Shown here: in pieces, positions 61,648 to 64,000 of the stretch
How positions within the stretch are numbered: the first letter of the stretch is position 1
How the letters are laid out: each line of letters begins with the position of its first letter
Assembly: GCA_963555755.3 (NCBI GenBank)
Contig: OY820905.2
Span: 1,536,001 to 1,600,000 of the forward strand
Direction of reading: 5' to 3'
Length of the DNA: 64,000 nucleotides
From: Nitrospirales bacterium
GTDB lineage: Bacteria; Nitrospirota; Nitrospiria; Nitrospirales; UBA8639
Made by a program: the position numbers and the translations under genes
Notes under the pieces: model-generated
What the model saw: only the letters and a program-made list of their open reading frames with translations
Database searches by the model: none
What the model was told of the DNA's origin: nothing

Positions 61648-62655
61648 TTACAGGCCTCTGTTAAGTTCTCTCGTGAATCGCTCAACCTCCTGCTCTAATC
61701 CTGGGGCAGTTGGTGTTTTAGGGCTTGTGCAGCGTACAACCTGGAGACAATCACACCGTCCATGCTCAGTGTAATGCCAGGCGGGTAGGTAGGCCGTAAT
61801 CTGGAAGCCAAGCTTCCGCATAGCGCGGACCAGTGCAACTTTGTCTGCAAGAACATAGGCGAAGACATGCTCCTTTTGGGGTGCCACGGAAAGCAACGCC
61901 GCAAGTCCCTCATCTGTAGCCTTGGCTCTTTCCTCTGACCCTAGGATGTGCACGATGTGAAGCGACTCCCCCTCAGCGGCGAGACGGTAGTCAATACGCC
62001 AGTTCCCGTCCGTAGCATAATCCGTACCAGGCGGCCCGACGATCGGGGTGTTCGGATAGGCCCCAGTGATCGTTTCAAGCGAAAGTGGCTTAAGAATCTC
62101 ATCCTTGACAAACGCTGCCCAGGGCAGTGTCTCTGCCGGTGCGATGCGTCGAGGGGTATGCTCAGGGTTCAGGGTGAAGCCTGCGAAGATGGCTTCCCTG
62201 GAACCATTATTCACATGCATTCCGCCATCATGCCCTCCAATAACCGTCGCACCCCTATTGGTGTTCTCAAAAATTGGAAGAAATGTATGACGGATGTATC
62301 CCATAACAAGCTCACAGTCTCGCCGGGCATAGAGAAGCTTCATACAGGCAGCCCGCAAGTCCGTAGCAATATTGCGGACTCGATGGGCAAGATCGGTGGC
62401 CCCCCAGCACGTTTCGTATACGCGGTTCCAGCCGTGCCACACGGCCGCAATGCACCCCACGACCCTGCTCTCCACAGTCGCGACAAGCCACAGATCCGGC
62501 CGATTCATGGACTCCCGGACGAACTCCGGATCCTCGCACTCGTGGATGGGCCCTCCCCTCGTCCTCGGATACGCTTGCCGGAACAGCCCAGCGATCGACT
62601 CCACGTCCCTCTCGACTGCCACGCGTATTCCGTAGGTGCTCTCACGTTCAAGCAT
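61648..62655 (-). CDS. GNAT-fold (acyltransferase-like) protein
   Basis: IRVAVERDVESIAGLF..., WLVATVESRVVGCI, LGFQITAYLP; strong RBS GAGGAGG before ATG 62655. Confidence 0.65.
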   Translation of the reverse strand: MLERESTYGIRVAVERDVESIAGLFRQAYPRTRGGPIHECEDPEFVRESMNRPDLWLVATVESRVVGCIAAVWHGWNRVYETCWGATDLAHRVRNIATDLRAACMKLLYARRDCELVMGYIRHTFLPIFENTNRGATVIGGHDGGMHVNNGSREAIFAGFTLNPEHTPRRIAPAETLPWAAFVKDEILKPLSLETITGAYPNTPIVGPPGTDYATDGNWRIDYRLAAEGESLHIVHILGSEERAKATDEGLAALLSVAPQKEHVFAYVLADKVALVRAMRKLGFQITAYLPAWHYTEHGRCDCLQVVRCTSPKTPTAPGLEQEVERFTRELNRGL

Positions 62656-62756
62656 GTCTTCCTCCTCCTCAAGTCCAGGTGGCCCAAAAAGAAAGAGTTG
62701 GTCTTTTCCTTCCCCCGCCAGAGAGAGAAGTAGAAAATATACAGCAAACAAGCGTA

Positions 62757-64000
62757 TTAGCTGACTGGCTGACCCACAAGCGCCAGATCCGCACACATTT
62801 GGTCCAAAGCTTGAAACCGTGGTTCGCCTTCGAACGCAAAAAGCCTGTCCTCTTCCCACTTCTCCGGATCAAGTCCCACAGCATAGGGATTGACACACGC
62901 CCCAGATAATGTGCTCTCTTCTTTGGGCAGCACATCGGCTACTGCCAACCTAAAGAACACACGGGCGTAGTCTTCAAACAACTGAAGTGAGCCGGCCATC
63001 TCCTCCAAGAACTCCTGGGGACTTTTTTCGCGAACACTTCCCCGCATGACCTCACATATATTCGGAAATCCCCTCAGGGGATCATAGAAGCCAGCCGGCA
63101 GTTTTTTCCCCGATCGAAGCTTCGCCCACTGTATGAAGAGTGCCTGGACTTGCCGATTCAAGCGGATGAACTGCCGCGTCAACGCAAGATACTCGGGCAG
63201 AATCTCCTCGTGTTCCAGAAATCCCAAAAAGAGCAACTGGGCTGGTCCGGCGAAATACTGCCCGCCGTCCCAAAACGGTTTCATGAGCATAAGGAAGTCA
63301 TCACCAAGAACCTCATACATGCTGGAAAACATATCCGTACACATCCCTGCCCACCCGAGGTACAGCTCATTGTAGTGGTTCACAATTTCGTCCGTCAGTT
63401 GCCCCGCAAGCGTAAGTTCAATGAGGCGAATAACGATCGTATCAGCCCAGGCAATCAAGTCTGCGCCGTTTGAAAAGAACGGATCCGTAAACGCTGCTGC
63501 CTCACCTACACAAAACCACCCCGTCCCCGAGAACGCACGCTCGATCGAATGGGACAGCTTCTTATATGCCAAAAAGTCGATTGGCTGTGTGCTCGCTAGC
63601 CATTTCGCAACTATCGGCTCATGGCGCTCAAGCCAAGCAAACGAACTTTCATAGGTGTTTCGGCTCTTGATAGGATGGAGCCGCTCAGTCCCGACGATTC
63701 CAATACTGGTGTAGTCATCAGGCAGTGGAATAAACCATACCCAGTACCCTTCGCCAAAGAGATGCAACGTCGTATCTCTTCGGGTTTCAACCCGCCGGTG
63801 CCAGGCGGCGTTTTCTTTGGGGACAAGATCAGACACGTCCAACGCTCCCTTGACCCGCCACCAGGTCGCGTTTGCTGGATTCTCCAATTCCCGTGCCAGG
63901 CTCAACTTTTGAGCCAGAAAGCGCCGCCGGCCAGTAGCATCCACCACGAAGCGGCACGATACAGTTTTCTTCTCCCTGCTTCCGCTATCCTCGTAGACCA
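62757..64000 (-). CDS. Flavin-dependent halogenase-family protein, partial, 5' end outside the window
   Basis: FVVDATGR, WVWFIPL (WxWxIP), VGEAAAFTDPFFSNG motifs. Confidence 0.82.
   Translation of the reverse strand, partial: VYEDSGSREKKTVSCRFVVDATGRRRFLAQKLSLARELENPANATWWRVKGALDVSDLVPKENAAWHRRVETRRDTTLHLFGEGYWVWFIPLPDDYTSIGIVGTERLHPIKSRNTYESSFAWLERHEPIVAKWLASTQPIDFLAYKKLSHSIERAFSGTGWFCVGEAAAFTDPFFSNGADLIAWADTIVIRLIELTLAGQLTDEIVNHYNELYLGWAGMCTDMFSSMYEVLGDDFLMLMKPFWDGGQYFAGPAQLLFLGFLEHEEILPEYLALTRQFIRLNRQVQALFIQWAKLRSGKKLPAGFYDPLRGFPNICEVMRGSVREKSPQEFLEEMAGSLQLFEDYARVFFRLAVADVLPKEESTLSGACVNPYAVGLDPEKWEEDRLFAFEGEPRFQALDQMCADLALVGQPVS

Noticed and set aside
55141..62289. 635-bp duplication as a DGR template/variable repeat pair
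   Set aside because: Too long, essentially identical, no adenine-specific mismatches, no DGR RT

Overview
Bacterial chromosomal window, most likely Nitrospirota/Nitrospirales (inferred from the Pup-proteasome genes, gene content and repeat style). The left ~30 kb is mostly housekeeping: dop-arc, thiSGE, ctpA-envC-ftsXE, yraN-rnhB-rplS-trmD-rimM-rpsP-ffh, uvrB, fhs and tag. It is dense with at least four families of small inverted-repeat elements (MITE/REP-like), some nested in one another and one inserted in-frame in a gene. fhs is split by a group II intron. Positions 30-47 kb are an accessory, decaying region: VapBC, a stand-alone GHKL ATPase, Rhs toxin/immunity cassettes bracketed by GGGGTC-ended palindromic elements and RAYT-like remnants, and IS110, IS1595, IS91, IS1380 and DUF4338-fused ISAs1 elements. 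Positions 47-64 kb are an unusual biosynthetic gene cluster that runs off the right end. It encodes a flavin-dependent halogenase, GNAT-like proteins, a ThiF-nitroreductase (OxzB/Rv1355c-like), an aryl-CoA ligase, a methyltransferase, a SnoaL-like protein and several ASPIC/UnbV proteins, with internal duplications and in-frame gene chimeras. All calls come from motif recognition by eye; no database searches were run.
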